From Christensenella sp. UBA7862 (GTDB lineage: Bacteria; Bacillota; Clostridia; Christensenellales; UBA1242), in NCBI GenBank assembly GCA_002500135.1, contig DLSM01000003.1, forward strand, positions 12,100 through 76,099: DNA of 64,000 bases, read 5' to 3'. Under the pieces are notes generated by a model. The model did not search any database. It worked only from the letters and a program-made list of their open reading frames with translations, and was not told where the DNA came from. The translations under genes and the position numbers were made by a program. Below, piece after piece: positions 19,504 to 29,327 of this stretch; position 1 is the stretch's first letter; every line of letters starts with the position of its first letter.

Positions 19504-19917
19504 TTAAGACTTAGAGTCCAAATAAGTTTGCAAAATTATTGTTGCGGAAATTTTGTCGATATATTTCTTTCTATCTTGCCACTTTATGTGGGCTTCACGC
19601 AAGATATCCTCTGCCTCAACGCTGGAAAGTCTTTCATCAACATAGGTTATAGGAAGTCCTGACACTTCCTTCAGTTTTTCACCAAACTCCCTTGTTGCTT
19701 TTGCTCTGTCGCCTTCCGTTCCGTCCATGTTAAGAGGCAAGCCCATAATTATCTCATCAGTTTCTTGGCTTTTTGCAAGGGCTGCAAGATAATTTATGTC
19801 TTGTTCGACATCTTTTCTGTAATAAGTTTCATAACCACTGGCTATCATGCCCAACAGGTCACTAAACGCAACCCCGATGCGTGCTTCGCCATAGTCAAGT
19901 GCCATCTTCCGCTTCAA
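19504..19917 (-). CDS. ruvX: Putative pre-16S rRNA nuclease / Holliday junction resolvase-like YqgF
   Basis: ALDYGEARIGVAFSD motif. I prefer TTG 19917, 5 nt after GGGGG, over ATG 19905. The track start 20007 is over-extended. Confidence 0.85.
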   Translation of the reverse strand: MKRKMALDYGEARIGVAFSDLLGMIASGYETYYRKDVEQDINYLAALAKSQETDEIIMGLPLNMDGTEGDRAKATREFGEKLKEVSGLPITYVDERLSSVEAEDILREAHIKWQDRKKYIDKISATIILQTYLDSKS

Positions 19918-19988
19918 AATTTCCCCCAATAATATAAGACAAAAGTAGTTTATCACAAAATGCAAAAAATTAAAAGCATTTTTATTAC

Positions 19989-20021
19989 AAAAAAAGAAAG
20001 TCAGCAACCCGCACTGACTTC
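19989..20021 (-). terminator. Rho-independent terminator after tsf
   Basis: AAGTCAG-9 nt-CTGACTT followed on the minus strand by a T run. Confidence 0.65.
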
Positions 20022-20030
20022 CCTTAATTA

Positions 20031-20678
20031 TTACTTGCCCATTTGGCTCATAACTTCTTCTGCAAAGTTGTCTTGTCTTTTTTCAAGACCTTCACCCATT
20101 TCATAGCGGACAAATCTTCTGATTGTAATTTTTTCGCCAATTTTGAGTGTTGCATCTGTTATAAGGTCGCTGATTGTTTTTGATGGGTCTTTAACAAAAT
20201 CTTGTTCCATAAGGCACACATCTTTGTAATATTTTTTGATACGTCCTTGAACCATTTTTTCAGCAATTTCTTTTGGTTTGCCTTCGTTTTGTGCTTGAAC
20301 AATAAGAATTTCTTTTTCCTTTTCAACATTTTCTGCTGGGACTTCTTCAATTCTTACATATTCTGGTTTTGCTGCTGCAATTTGCATAGCAATATCTTTG
20401 CAAAGAAGTTGGAAAGCTTCGCTTTTTGCAACGAAGTCTGTTTCGCAGTTTACTTCAAGCAAAACACCAATTTTTCCGCCCATATGAATGTAACTTGTAA
20501 CAAGTCCTTCGCCTGCAATTCTTGATGCTTTCTTGGCAACAGAAGCAATTCCCTTTTCTCTGAGGTATGCAACTGCTTTTTCCATATCGCCATTGCTTTC
20601 GTCAAGTGCCTTTTTGCAATCTTGCACACCAGCACCAGTTTTTGCTCTAAGTTCTTTAATATCGTTTGCGTTGATCAT
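20031..20678 (-). CDS. tsf: Elongation factor Ts (short form)
   Basis: [22 protein letters not shown]-like N-terminus. 215 aa. Confidence 0.95.
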   Translation of the reverse strand: MINANDIKELRAKTGAGVQDCKKALDESNGDMEKAVAYLREKGIASVAKKASRIAGEGLVTSYIHMGGKIGVLLEVNCETDFVAKSEAFQLLCKDIAMQIAAAKPEYVRIEEVPAENVEKEKEILIVQAQNEGKPKEIAEKMVQGRIKKYYKDVCLMEQDFVKDPSKTISDLITDATLKIGEKITIRRFVRYEMGEGLEKRQDNFAEEVMSQMGK

Positions 20679-20715
20679 TTTAATTTCTCCCTTTTTGTTT
20701 AGGTTTTATGGTCAA

Positions 20716-21504
20716 TTATTCCGCTTTTGGAGCGTCTTGCTCTGCCATTGCGTCAGCCATATTAACTTCTTCACCTGCTTCTTCCATTTGAGCTGCTTTT
20801 TCAGCTTCAAGTCTTGGTGAAACGCCTTCTTTTGCTTCAATAACAGCATCAGCCATAGCACTTACAATAAGTTTTACAGACCTGATTGCGTCATCGTTTG
20901 CTGGGATTGGGTAGTCAACATCCTCTGGGTTGCAGTTTGTGTCAACAATGCCCACGATTGGAATATTGAGAAGTCTTGCTTCTTTAATTGCAATGTGTTC
21001 TTTCTTTGGGTCAACAACAAAGATTGCTCCTGGAAGTTCTGGCATATTTTTGATGCCACCAAGGTTCTTCTCAAGTTTGTCTTTTTCTGCTTTAAGTTTT
21101 GCGACTTCTTTCTTTGGAAGAAGGTCAAATTCCCCCATTTCTTCCATTTGAGAAAGCTTGTTAAGTCTTGCAATTCTTGTTCTGATTGTTTTAAAGTTTG
21201 TAAGAGTTCCGCCAAGCCAACGGTTTACAATGTAGAACATTCCGCAACGAGTTGCTTCTTGTTCGATTGCTTCTTGTGCTTGCTTCTTTGTGCCAACGAA
21301 GAGAATGTTCTTTCCGCTTGCGACCATATCTCTTATAAAGAAATAAGCATTGTCGCAGCACACAGAAGTGTCTTCAAGGTTGATGATATGAATATCATTT
21401 CTTGTTGTGAAGATATATTTCTTCATTTTTGGGTTCCACTTGTTGGATTGATGTCCAAAGTGAACGCCTGCTTCTAGTAGTTGTTTCATTGAAATAACTG
21501 GCAT
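20716..21504 (-). CDS. rpsB: 30S ribosomal protein S2
   Basis: Start at ATG 21504 ([19 protein letters not shown]) after AGGAGA. The track start is over-extended. Confidence 0.95.
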   Translation of the reverse strand: MPVISMKQLLEAGVHFGHQSNKWNPKMKKYIFTTRNDIHIINLEDTSVCCDNAYFFIRDMVASGKNILFVGTKKQAQEAIEQEATRCGMFYIVNRWLGGTLTNFKTIRTRIARLNKLSQMEEMGEFDLLPKKEVAKLKAEKDKLEKNLGGIKNMPELPGAIFVVDPKKEHIAIKEARLLNIPIVGIVDTNCNPEDVDYPIPANDDAIRSVKLIVSAMADAVIEAKEGVSPRLEAEKAAQMEEAGEEVNMADAMAEQDAPKAE

Positions 21505-21626
21505 AATAATTTTTCTCCTTTTTCTTGTTAATCCTCCCCGAACGAGCAAAAGTCGGGTTAATCCTTTTGCATCACCCACACAGTGGGACAAGAAAATTCA
21601 ATTCGGGTGTGAATTTAAACGCACAA

Positions 21627-21655
21627 ATTATATCACACAAAAAAAAGTTATGCAA
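21627..21655 (-). promoter_or_regulatory. rpsB-tsf promoter
   Basis: Minus strand TTGCAT-17 nt-TGaTATAAT. Implies a 5' leader of about 115 nt. Confidence 0.6.
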
Positions 21656-21715
21656 TAGTTTTTGCACAACTTTTTTATAAAATAATCATATTATCAGCAT
21701 TATTTATTTTTACGC

Positions 21716-22153
21716 TTAAATAAACAAGTTTTTATTTTCAAGAAGTTGCCTTTGTTCAAGGTCACGTTGCATTTTTATAGCAAGTTGAAGTTGTTTTTTC
21801 CTATAATTTTTAATTGCTTCTTTTATTGCCTTTTCTGCCATAACAGCACATTCTTCTTTGCCCTCTGGAAGTTCGCCAATGTCTTCCAAAATATCCTTAT
21901 GGGAAATATTTGCCACATCGTCAAGGCTTTGTCCTTCAATGTGCCTGCAAGCAATTTCACTTGCGACAATAGCACCAACACAGCCAAATGTTTTAAACTT
22001 TGCCCCAACAACTACGTCATTTTCCACTTTGATATATATTTTAAAAATTTCTGACCCGTCAGTTGATTTGCAAATGCCTATGCCGTTTGAGCCTTTAAGT
22101 GTTCCGCTGTGGGTTGGGTTTTCAAATATTCCTAGCACTCTTTCACTATACAT
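21716..22153 (-). CDS. nifU: NifU/IscU-type Fe-S cluster scaffold
   Basis: FKTFGCVGAIVASE plus two further conserved Cys. Follows nifS directly. Confidence 0.85.
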   Translation of the reverse strand: MYSERVLGIFENPTHSGTLKGSNGIGICKSTDGSEIFKIYIKVENDVVVGAKFKTFGCVGAIVASEIACRHIEGQSLDDVANISHKDILEDIGELPEGKEECAVMAEKAIKEAIKNYRKKQLQLAIKMQRDLEQRQLLENKNLFI

Positions 22154-22166
22154 TCATCTTTCCCCC

Positions 22167-23336
22167 TTACTTCCTTTTTTGCACCTTAACTGGTGACATT
22201 CCTCTGAGGAACGCAACACTTGTTTTCAATGTTTCAACGACATAATCAATTTGTTCTCTTGTGTTGTCTGTTGCAAAAGAAAATCTGACAGTGCTTTGTG
22301 CTTGTTCTGGGCTAAGTCCCATTGCCATAAGCACATGACTTGGCTCTCTGCTGCCACTTGAGCATGCTGAACCAGTTGAAACGGCAATTCCCTTAAGGTC
22401 AAGAAGATTGCTTAGCGCTTCACCATTTACACCAGTAAACGACAAACTGACCATTCCTGCAACTCTTTGGTGGATATGTCCATTTTGAATGACATCTGGA
22501 ATTTCCTCCATAACACGAGAAACAAAATAATCTCTCAAACTTTTGAGTTTTTTGCAGTCGATGATATAGTTGCTGGCAGTAACTTCCATTGCCTTGCCAA
22601 AGCCGACAATTGCTGGCACGTTAAGTGTTCCGCCTCGTTTGCCACGTTCTTGCTCGCCGCCATAGATTATGTTGTCAATCTTGACGCCCTTTTTAACATA
22701 CAATGCCCCAACACCCTTTGGCCCATGTATTTTATGTCCACTCATACTCATAGCGTCTATGCCAATGTCTTTAACATCAATTTTAAAATTGCCAATAGCT
22801 TGCACGGCGTCCGTGTGGAAAAGCACATTTTTTTCGTGAGCGATTGTTGCAATAGTTTTCAAATTTTGAATTGTGCCAACTTCATTGTTTGAAGCCATAA
22901 TGCTGACAAGGACTGTCTTTTGATTGATATAGTGAAGCAAATCTGCGACACTTACAAGCCCTTTGTCGTCAACAGGAAGACAGGTCACTTCAAAGCCCAT
23001 TTCTTCAAGTTTTTTGCATGTATCCAAAATGCTGTGATGTTCTATGGAAGATGTAATAATGTGGTTGCCTTTTGCTCTGTTTGCCATGGCAAGACCAAAC
23101 AAAGCCCAGTTGTTTGCTTCTGTGCCGCCAGATGTAAAATATATTTCCCCACGTTCTGCATTTATAGCATTTGCAACTCTGTCCCTTGCTTTGTCCACAA
23201 GTGCTTGTGCGTCACGCCCAAAACTGTGAAGGCTGTTTGCATTGCCAAAAGTTTCGCCAAAGGCTGGAAGCATTTCACTTAAAACTTCGTTTGTTACACG
23301 AGTTGTTGCTGCGTTGTCAAGATAAATTCTTTGCAT
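22167..23336 (-). CDS. nifS: Cysteine desulfurase (NifS/IscS type)
   Basis: PLP-lysine block SMSGHKIHGPKGVGALYV. Active-site GSACSSGS. Confidence 0.9.
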   Translation of the reverse strand: MQRIYLDNAATTRVTNEVLSEMLPAFGETFGNANSLHSFGRDAQALVDKARDRVANAINAERGEIYFTSGGTEANNWALFGLAMANRAKGNHIITSSIEHHSILDTCKKLEEMGFEVTCLPVDDKGLVSVADLLHYINQKTVLVSIMASNNEVGTIQNLKTIATIAHEKNVLFHTDAVQAIGNFKIDVKDIGIDAMSMSGHKIHGPKGVGALYVKKGVKIDNIIYGGEQERGKRGGTLNVPAIVGFGKAMEVTASNYIIDCKKLKSLRDYFVSRVMEEIPDVIQNGHIHQRVAGMVSLSFTGVNGEALSNLLDLKGIAVSTGSACSSGSREPSHVLMAMGLSPEQAQSTVRFSFATDNTREQIDYVVETLKTSVAFLRGMSPVKVQKRK

Positions 23337-23365
23337 AATAAATTCCTTCTTTTATTCACACATAA

Positions 23366-23394
23366 ATTTTGCCATTTTTTGAACAATTTGTCAA
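23366..23394 (-). promoter_or_regulatory. Candidate nifSU promoter
   Basis: Minus strand TTGACA-17 nt-TGgCAAAAT. Confidence 0.45.
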
Positions 23395-23423
23395 TAGTCA
23401 TTTTGCACAAAAAGAGCGAAAAT

Positions 23424-23452
23424 AAATAAAAAAGGAACAAAAAACATGTTCC
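23424..23452 (-). terminator. Rho-independent terminator after rplS
   Basis: GGAACA-6 nt-TGTTCC followed on the minus strand by TTTTTTATTTATTTT. Confidence 0.6.
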
Positions 23453-23468
23453 CTTGAAAATATTTAAC

Positions 23469-23810
23469 TTATCTAGCCTCTTTAATCTTTGTTGCTTTGC
23501 CAGTGAGGTCACGGAGATAAAAGAGTTTTGCACGTCTGACTTTACCTTTTTTCAAAACTTCAACTTTGTCGATTTTTGGGCTGTGAAGTGGGAAAGTTCT
23601 CTCTACGCCAACACCAAAAGACATACGTCTTACAGTAAAGGATTCTCTTATGCTTCCATTTCTTCTAGCGATAACAACGCCTTCGTATCCCTGAATTCTT
23701 TCCTTGTTGCCTTCTTTAATCTTGTAATAAACTTTAACAGTGTCGCCAATGTTAAATTCTGGGATATTGTCTTTGATATTTTCTTTTTCAATAACATCAA
23801 TAAGGTTCAT
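23469..23810 (-). CDS. rplS: 50S ribosomal protein L19
   Basis: Start at ATG 23810 ([13 protein letters not shown]...FNIGDTVKV) after GGAGG. Coordinate checked against the track frame. Confidence 0.95.
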   Translation of the reverse strand: MNLIDVIEKENIKDNIPEFNIGDTVKVYYKIKEGNKERIQGYEGVVIARRNGSIRESFTVRRMSFGVGVERTFPLHSPKIDKVEVLKKGKVRRAKLFYLRDLTGKATKIKEAR

Positions 23811-23838
23811 TTTGTTACCTCCACTTAAATTGCAAGAT

Positions 23839-23867
23839 ATGATAACACAATGCAATAAAAATTGCAA
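23839..23867 (-). promoter_or_regulatory. rplS promoter
   Basis: Minus strand TTGCAA-17 nt-TGtTATCAT. Confidence 0.55.
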
Positions 23868-23926
23868 GCGTTTTTTCAAATTTAGCAAAAACATTTTTCT
23901 TGCTCAAAATGATTTGCTTCTCTTTT

Positions 23927-24286
23927 TTACATAATTCCCTCAATGTGGTCAATTTTATGGTCTTGTTTTGTTCCCAAAATTGCCACACAGTCAAAGCGAA
24001 TGTCCACCTTATCCATAAGACCTTTAAGTTTGAGATAAGACAGTGCCGTTCGCTGCATATGAATGAGTTTATGTTTCGTAATTGCCTCTTGCGGAAGTCC
24101 AAACATATCACTCGTTCGCATTTTCACTTCCACAAAAACAAGAGTGTCTTTGTCTCGTGCTATTATGTCAATTTCACCTGTTTTTGAAGAAAAATTTGTT
24201 TCAACAATTCTGTAACCTTTATTTTTCAAAAAGTTAACTGCTATTGCTTCGCCAATTCCACCCGTTTGCTTGTTTAAAGTTTTCAT
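23927..24286 (-). CDS. yraN: YraN family (UPF0102) endonuclease-like protein
   Basis: 119 aa. GEIDIIARD...VFVEVK restriction-endonuclease-like core. Confidence 0.85.
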   Translation of the reverse strand: MKTLNKQTGGIGEAIAVNFLKNKGYRIVETNFSSKTGEIDIIARDKDTLVFVEVKMRTSDMFGLPQEAITKHKLIHMQRTALSYLKLKGLMDKVDIRFDCVAILGTKQDHKIDHIEGIM

Positions 24287-24294
24287 TTTTCCCC

Positions 24295-24897
24295 CTAAAC
24301 AAAGTGTTTTATAAAACTATCTCGGTGAATTTGACATTTGCCAAACTTTTTTAAAAGTTCAATGTGTTCTTTTGTGCCATAGCCTTTGTGTTTGTCAAAA
24401 TGATAATTTGGATATTGCTTTGCATATTCCACCATAAGCCTATCCCTAAAAACCTTTGCCAAGATTGACGCTGCTGCAATGTTATAACTCCTTGCATCGC
24501 CTTTTATTATTCCCTCTTGTGGAATGTCAGTATCTATGTGTTCAGCATCAACAAGCACTATTTTAGGCGGAAATTTAAGCCCATTTAGTGCGTTTTTCAT
24601 GCCAAGTTTGGTGGCTTGCAAAATGTTTATTTTGTCAATGGTCTTTTCGTCAACTTGTGTTATGCAAAATGTTTTTGCCGTGGCAACAATTTTGTCAAAC
24701 AACTCGTCACGCTTTTTAGGTGTCAGTTTTTTGCTATCATTTATGCCAGAGATTATTTTATCTTCCTCAAGTGGCATAATGACACACGCACACACCACAG
24801 GTCCAGCAAGTGGTCCACGCCCCGCTTCGTCAATGCCAGCAATGTCGCCTAAGTGTTTATATTTGTTTTCAAATTCAAACAAATCATATTTCTCCAT
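24295..24897 (-). CDS. rnhB: Ribonuclease HII
   Basis: GIDEAGRGPLAGPVV and DSKKL motifs. Confidence 0.95.
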   Translation of the reverse strand: MEKYDLFEFENKYKHLGDIAGIDEAGRGPLAGPVVCACVIMPLEEDKIISGINDSKKLTPKKRDELFDKIVATAKTFCITQVDEKTIDKINILQATKLGMKNALNGLKFPPKIVLVDAEHIDTDIPQEGIIKGDARSYNIAAASILAKVFRDRLMVEYAKQYPNYHFDKHKGYGTKEHIELLKKFGKCQIHRDSFIKHFV

Positions 24898-24907
24898 ATT
24901 TCACCAT

Positions 24908-25744
24908 TTAATCCAAAACAATTTTACCAAGTCTGCCCTTTCTAAAGTCGTCTAAAATCATTTTACCGCCTCTGTCGTAGTCAAGTTCGCCTTTTTTTAA
25001 AATACAATTTCTGCTGCGGCAAATGTCTTCATAAATTTCAAGCACTTCTTCATCTTCAGAGATTTTTATGTTATATCTCACTTCCAGTTGGCTTTTATAC
25101 TTTGGCAAAATATCTCTTATAAAATTGAACGCTAGGTCATTCGTATCAAGCACTTGGTCTTTAATGCTGCCGATGTATGCAAGATTTCTTGCAACTTTGT
25201 CGTCTTCAAATGCAGGCCACAATGTCCCTGGGGTGTCAAGGAGCATAAGTCCACTTTCCGTTTGCACCCATTGCTTGCCCTTTGTGACGCCTGGTCTGTT
25301 TCCTGTTTCAGTTTTGGCACGTCCGCAAAGGTTATTTATAAGTGTACTTTTGCCAACATTTGGCACACCAACAACCATTGCTTTTGGAATATAATCAATT
25401 CCCTTTTCGCTCTTTCGCTCTAACTTTTCGCTAAGAAGTTTTTTTGCCAACAAAAACAGTGGCTTTGCAGAATTCGATTGAATGGCATTTATTGCAAGTG
25501 CTGAGCAATTCTTGCCTTTAAGTTCTCTTTTAAAACGCTCTACATCCGCCTCTTCCACCATATCACATTTGCTTAGGACATAAACAATTTGCTTGTCTTT
25601 TGCCACTTGCGAAAGTTTTGGATTGAGGCATGAATAAGGGGCTCTTGCGTCAAGGAGATAGAATATCAAGTCAACATTTTTCAGTTCCTTTTCCATTTGT
25701 CTTAGGGCTTTTGTCATATGCCCTGGGAACCATTGAATCGGCAT
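24908..25744 (-). CDS. rbgA: Ribosome biogenesis GTPase A (YlqF)
   Basis: Circularly permuted GTPase: WFPGHM, DARAP, GVPNVGKST. Confidence 0.9.
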   Translation of the reverse strand: MPIQWFPGHMTKALRQMEKELKNVDLIFYLLDARAPYSCLNPKLSQVAKDKQIVYVLSKCDMVEEADVERFKRELKGKNCSALAINAIQSNSAKPLFLLAKKLLSEKLERKSEKGIDYIPKAMVVGVPNVGKSTLINNLCGRAKTETGNRPGVTKGKQWVQTESGLMLLDTPGTLWPAFEDDKVARNLAYIGSIKDQVLDTNDLAFNFIRDILPKYKSQLEVRYNIKISEDEEVLEIYEDICRSRNCILKKGELDYDRGGKMILDDFRKGRLGKIVLD

Positions 25745-25753
25745 TTTTACCTC

Positions 25754-26464
25754 CTACTTTTTTGTGTCAGTTTGCAGTTTCTTTTGTTTTCGCATGTATT
25801 TTCTATACAAATCTGGACGGTTTTTCTTTGTAATTTCAAGTGACTTTTCAAGCCGCCATTTGTCCACTTCCTTGTGATTGCCGTCAAGCAAAACTTGTGG
25901 CACTTCAAGCCCTTCAAACTGAAATGGCCTTGTCCATTGTGGATATTCTAAAAGCCCGTCAGAAAATGACTCGTCAGATGTTGTTTCTTCGTTTCCAAGC
26001 ACATTTGGAATGTATCTTGCAACGCAGTCAACAAGCACCATTGCTGGAAGTTCCCCACCTGTTAGGACATAATCTCCAATGGAAATTTCCTCATCAACAC
26101 AAAGGTCAACAATTCTTTGGTCAATGCCTTCATAATGTCCACAAACGAGAATTAACTCGTCCAATTTTGCCAGTTCTTCCACTTTTTCTTGTGATAGGAC
26201 TTTGCCCTTTGGCGACATATAAATTGTGTGTGACTTATCCGTTTTCACGCTTTTTATTGCGTCAAACAGTGGTTGAGGCGTCATAATCATGCCCGCTCCG
26301 CCGCCGTAGGAATAGTCGTCACACCTTTTGTTTTTGTCAAGCGTAAAATCTCTTATATTTATAACATTTATTTCGATAAGTCCGTTTTTTTGCGCACGGG
26401 ACAAAATGCTGTGATTGAGTGCATCAAACATTTCTGGAAATAATGTTAAAATAGTGATTTTCAC
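25754..26464 (-). CDS. trmD: tRNA (guanine37-N1)-methyltransferase
   Basis: GTG start in a GTGA overlap with the rimM stop. ILTLFPEMF and YSYGGGAGM motifs. Confidence 0.95.
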   Translation of the reverse strand: MKITILTLFPEMFDALNHSILSRAQKNGLIEINVINIRDFTLDKNKRCDDYSYGGGAGMIMTPQPLFDAIKSVKTDKSHTIYMSPKGKVLSQEKVEELAKLDELILVCGHYEGIDQRIVDLCVDEEISIGDYVLTGGELPAMVLVDCVARYIPNVLGNEETTSDESFSDGLLEYPQWTRPFQFEGLEVPQVLLDGNHKEVDKWRLEKSLEITKKNRPDLYRKYMRKQKKLQTDTKK

Positions 26465-26949
26465 ACCAACACCTCGTCAAGTTTATTTTTGAAAACAACA
26501 ATTTTCTTGTTTGCGACATCAACAGATTTTATCACTTCGTTTAGGAAAGGAAAACTTCTAACCCCGCCTTGTTTTAGGATATTTATAATGTAAGCCGAGC
26601 CATATTGCTCCACACTTTCAACATATCCCACAAGTTGTTCCGTTTCGTCAACAACGGCACAGTTTTCAAGGTCAGAAATCAAATATTCCCCGTCTTTCAC
26701 TGGAATTTGCTCTTTTGGGACAAACAGAGATATATTTCTAAACATTTCTGCTTGCTCGCAATTTGCAATGTCGTCCAAAGTGATGTATCCAAAATCTTTG
26801 TAATATCTAAACTTCACAACATCGTGGTCGTGACCGTCAATATACACAGCTTTTAGATTGTTCCAAAAGTCAAGGTCATGAACGTAAAGAGAAATTTTCA
26901 TTTCACCACGCAGACCTTGAGGTTTCAAAATTTTTGCTATCTCTATCAT
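26461..26949 (-). CDS. rimM: 16S rRNA processing protein RimM
   Basis: IAKILKPQGLRGEMK N-terminus plus a PRC-barrel C-terminus. Confidence 0.9.
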   Translation of the reverse strand: MIEIAKILKPQGLRGEMKISLYVHDLDFWNNLKAVYIDGHDHDVVKFRYYKDFGYITLDDIANCEQAEMFRNISLFVPKEQIPVKDGEYLISDLENCAVVDETEQLVGYVESVEQYGSAYIINILKQGGVRSFPFLNEVIKSVDVANKKIVVFKNKLDEVLV

Positions 26950-26953
26950 AATT

Positions 26954-27181
26954 TTACTTTATCTTTAAGATATATTTTTTTGATTGTTTGTGAGAAGCCG
27001 AATGCAAAATTGATCTGATTGCTTGAGCGACCTTTCCATTTTTGCCTATCAGTTTGCCCGTGTCTTGCTGAGCAACCTTAACTTCAAAGACAACTGCTGT
27101 TTCGTCTTCATGCTTTTCAATTTCAATCGCATCTTTGTCGTCAACAAGGCTTTCCACAATAAATTTAAGTAATTCTTCCAT
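26954..27181 (-). CDS. KH-domain RNA-binding protein (YlqC)
   Basis: 75 aa, GKLIGKNGKVAQAIRSI. Lies between rpsP and rimM. Confidence 0.85.
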   Translation of the reverse strand: MEELLKFIVESLVDDKDAIEIEKHEDETAVVFEVKVAQQDTGKLIGKNGKVAQAIRSILHSASHKQSKKYILKIK

Positions 27182-27208
27182 ACTACACTCTCCTTATATT
27201 GTGGTTAA

Positions 27209-27511
27209 TTATTTTTTTGCATCTTTTTTCTTTGGAACAATTTTCTTTGGTGTGTATGGTTTTGCGTTTTCAACAATACCAGCTTTGACCAAAAGAGTTC
27301 TTGCTGTTTCGGTTGGTTGAGCGCCATTTTTAAGCCATGTCAAAGTTTTTTCTTTGTCAAGTTTAAGACCGTTTTCTTCAACAAGTGGGTTAAAATATCC
27401 AAGGTTGTCAATAGCCTTGCCATCTCTTGAAGTTCTTGCATCTGCAACAACAACTCTGTAGAATGGGCTCTTTTTGTCCCCTAGTCTTGTAAGTCTGATT
27501 TTAACTGCCAT
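27209..27511 (-). CDS. rpsP: 30S ribosomal protein S16
   Basis: [24 protein letters not shown]. Confidence 0.95.
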   Translation of the reverse strand: MAVKIRLTRLGDKKSPFYRVVVADARTSRDGKAIDNLGYFNPLVEENGLKLDKEKTLTWLKNGAQPTETARTLLVKAGIVENAKPYTPKKIVPKKKDAKK

Positions 27512-27596
27512 TTTTAATTCTCCTTTATTTTATCTATATTGAATATTTTTTTGAAAGCATATTGGCTTGTGCTTTAAAAAAATTGTAAAAAACTAA

Positions 27597-28910
27597 TTAA
27601 AATTTAAATTTCTTCATTCCGCCATTTTTCAATTGCTTCATCATATTCTTTGATTGTTCAAATGACTTTAGAAGTCTGTTGACGTCTTGAATTTGTGTTC
27701 CACTGCCTTCGGCAATTCGCTTTTTCTGACTGCCCTTTATGATGTCTGGATTTTGTCTTTCCTTTGCGGTCATGCTTTGGATAATTGCCTTATTCCTTTC
27801 CATTTCCTTTTCGTCAACGGTTGCGCCTTTAAGTTTGCCGCTAAGCCCTGGTATCATGCCCAAAATGTCGTTTATGTTGCCCATGCTTTTCAGTTTGTCC
27901 ATTTGAACAAGATAATCTTCAAAAGTAAATGAATTTTCTCTAAACTTCTTTTCAAGTTGCTTTGCTTCTTCTTCGCTAACTGCGTTTTGTGCTTTTTCAA
28001 TAAGTGTTAGCACATCGCCCATGCCAAGAATTCTTGATGCCATTCTGTCTGGGTAAAATGGCTCAATGTCGCCAAGTTTTTCACCCACGCCGCAAAATTT
28101 GATTGGCTTTTTGACCACTTCTGAAATGGAAAGTGCCACACCGCCTCTTGTGTCGCCGTCAAGTTTTGTAAGGACAACGCCAGTTATGTCAAGTGCTTCG
28201 TCAAAAGTCTTTGCCACATTAACACTTTCTTGCCCATTCATGCTGTCTATTACAAGCAAAATTTCCGTTGGGTTGATATTTTTCTTTAGGTCACGAAGTT
28301 CGTCCATAAGTTTTTCGTCAATGGAAAGCCTACCCGCTGTATCGACAATCAATGTGTCATACATTTTCTTATTTGCATAGTCAATGGCTTCTTTGCAAGT
28401 TTTGGAAGGGTTTTGTGTGCCGCGCTCAAAAACTTCTGTGTTCACTGCTTTGCCAACCACTTGAAGTTGGTTTATGGCAGCAGGTCTATAGATGTCACAC
28501 GCAACAAGCATTGGCTTTTTGCCTTGACTTTTAAGAAGTCCAGCAAGTTTTCCGCACATTGTTGTTTTGCCACTGCCTTGAAGTCCACAAAGCATAATAA
28601 TTGTAGGCAACTGGCTTGACACTGCAAGTTTGCTATTAGTTTTACCCATAAGTTCCACCAATTCGTCATTAACAATTTTGACGACTTGTTGACCTGGGGT
28701 TAGGCTTGTAAGAACGCTTTGTCCAAGTGCTTTTTCGCTTACTCTATTAACAAAGTTCTTTGCCACCAAAAAGTTGACATCTGCTTCAAGAAGAGCAACC
28801 CTAATTTCTCTCATGGCTTCTTTAATTTCAAGTTCAGTCAGTTTGCCACGTTTTGTAAGGTGAGAAAAAATGTGATTAAGCCTTAGTGAAAGATTGGAAA
28901 ACATTCCCAT
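27597..28910 (-). CDS. ffh: Signal recognition particle protein Ffh
   Basis: GLQGSGKTT and DTAGR. Met-rich M domain. Confidence 0.95.
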   Translation of the reverse strand: MGMFSNLSLRLNHIFSHLTKRGKLTELEIKEAMREIRVALLEADVNFLVAKNFVNRVSEKALGQSVLTSLTPGQQVVKIVNDELVELMGKTNSKLAVSSQLPTIIMLCGLQGSGKTTMCGKLAGLLKSQGKKPMLVACDIYRPAAINQLQVVGKAVNTEVFERGTQNPSKTCKEAIDYANKKMYDTLIVDTAGRLSIDEKLMDELRDLKKNINPTEILLVIDSMNGQESVNVAKTFDEALDITGVVLTKLDGDTRGGVALSISEVVKKPIKFCGVGEKLGDIEPFYPDRMASRILGMGDVLTLIEKAQNAVSEEEAKQLEKKFRENSFTFEDYLVQMDKLKSMGNINDILGMIPGLSGKLKGATVDEKEMERNKAIIQSMTAKERQNPDIIKGSQKKRIAEGSGTQIQDVNRLLKSFEQSKNMMKQLKNGGMKKFKF

Positions 28911-28911
28911 A

Positions 28912-29244
28912 TTACAAAACCTCCAAAATAGAATTTAACTTTGCCTTGATTTGCTCCTTGTCTGCACTGTTGTCAAGAAGTTGAGAGCAATCGGAAATCG
29001 TGGATTTTATTTCTTCAAACTTTTCAAGAAGTTTAAGTTTGCTTTCATAATCCTCAAGTACTCTAAAAGTCCTTTTTACAAGATCGTTGACCGCTTGCCT
29101 TGAAATATCAAATTCCTCTGCAATTTCGCTTAGTGAAATGTTGCTATCCAAAAACATACGAAGCATATTCTGCTGTTTCGAAGTGAGCAGTGGCTCATAA
29201 ATTTCTGCCAGCAAACTTTTTCTCAAATTATCTTGAATTTCCAT
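28912..29244 (-). CDS. ylxM: YlxM (UPF0122) putative HTH protein
   Basis: 110 aa, directly upstream of ffh. LSLSEIAEEFDISRQAVND. Confidence 0.85.
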   Translation of the reverse strand: MEIQDNLRKSLLAEIYEPLLTSKQQNMLRMFLDSNISLSEIAEEFDISRQAVNDLVKRTFRVLEDYESKLKLLEKFEEIKSTISDCSQLLDNSADKEQIKAKLNSILEVL

Positions 29245-29278
29245 ATTCCCTCGTAAAGCATTTTTACTTTACAACACA

Positions 29279-29306
29279 ATTATACCCATATTTTCCCTAT
29301 TGTCAA
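29279..29306 (-). promoter_or_regulatory. Consensus promoter of the ylxM-ffh-rpsP operon
   Basis: Minus strand TTGACA-16 nt-TATAAT with an A/T-rich tract upstream. Confidence 0.65.
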
Positions 29307-29327
29307 GCAATTTTTGAAAATAATTTG

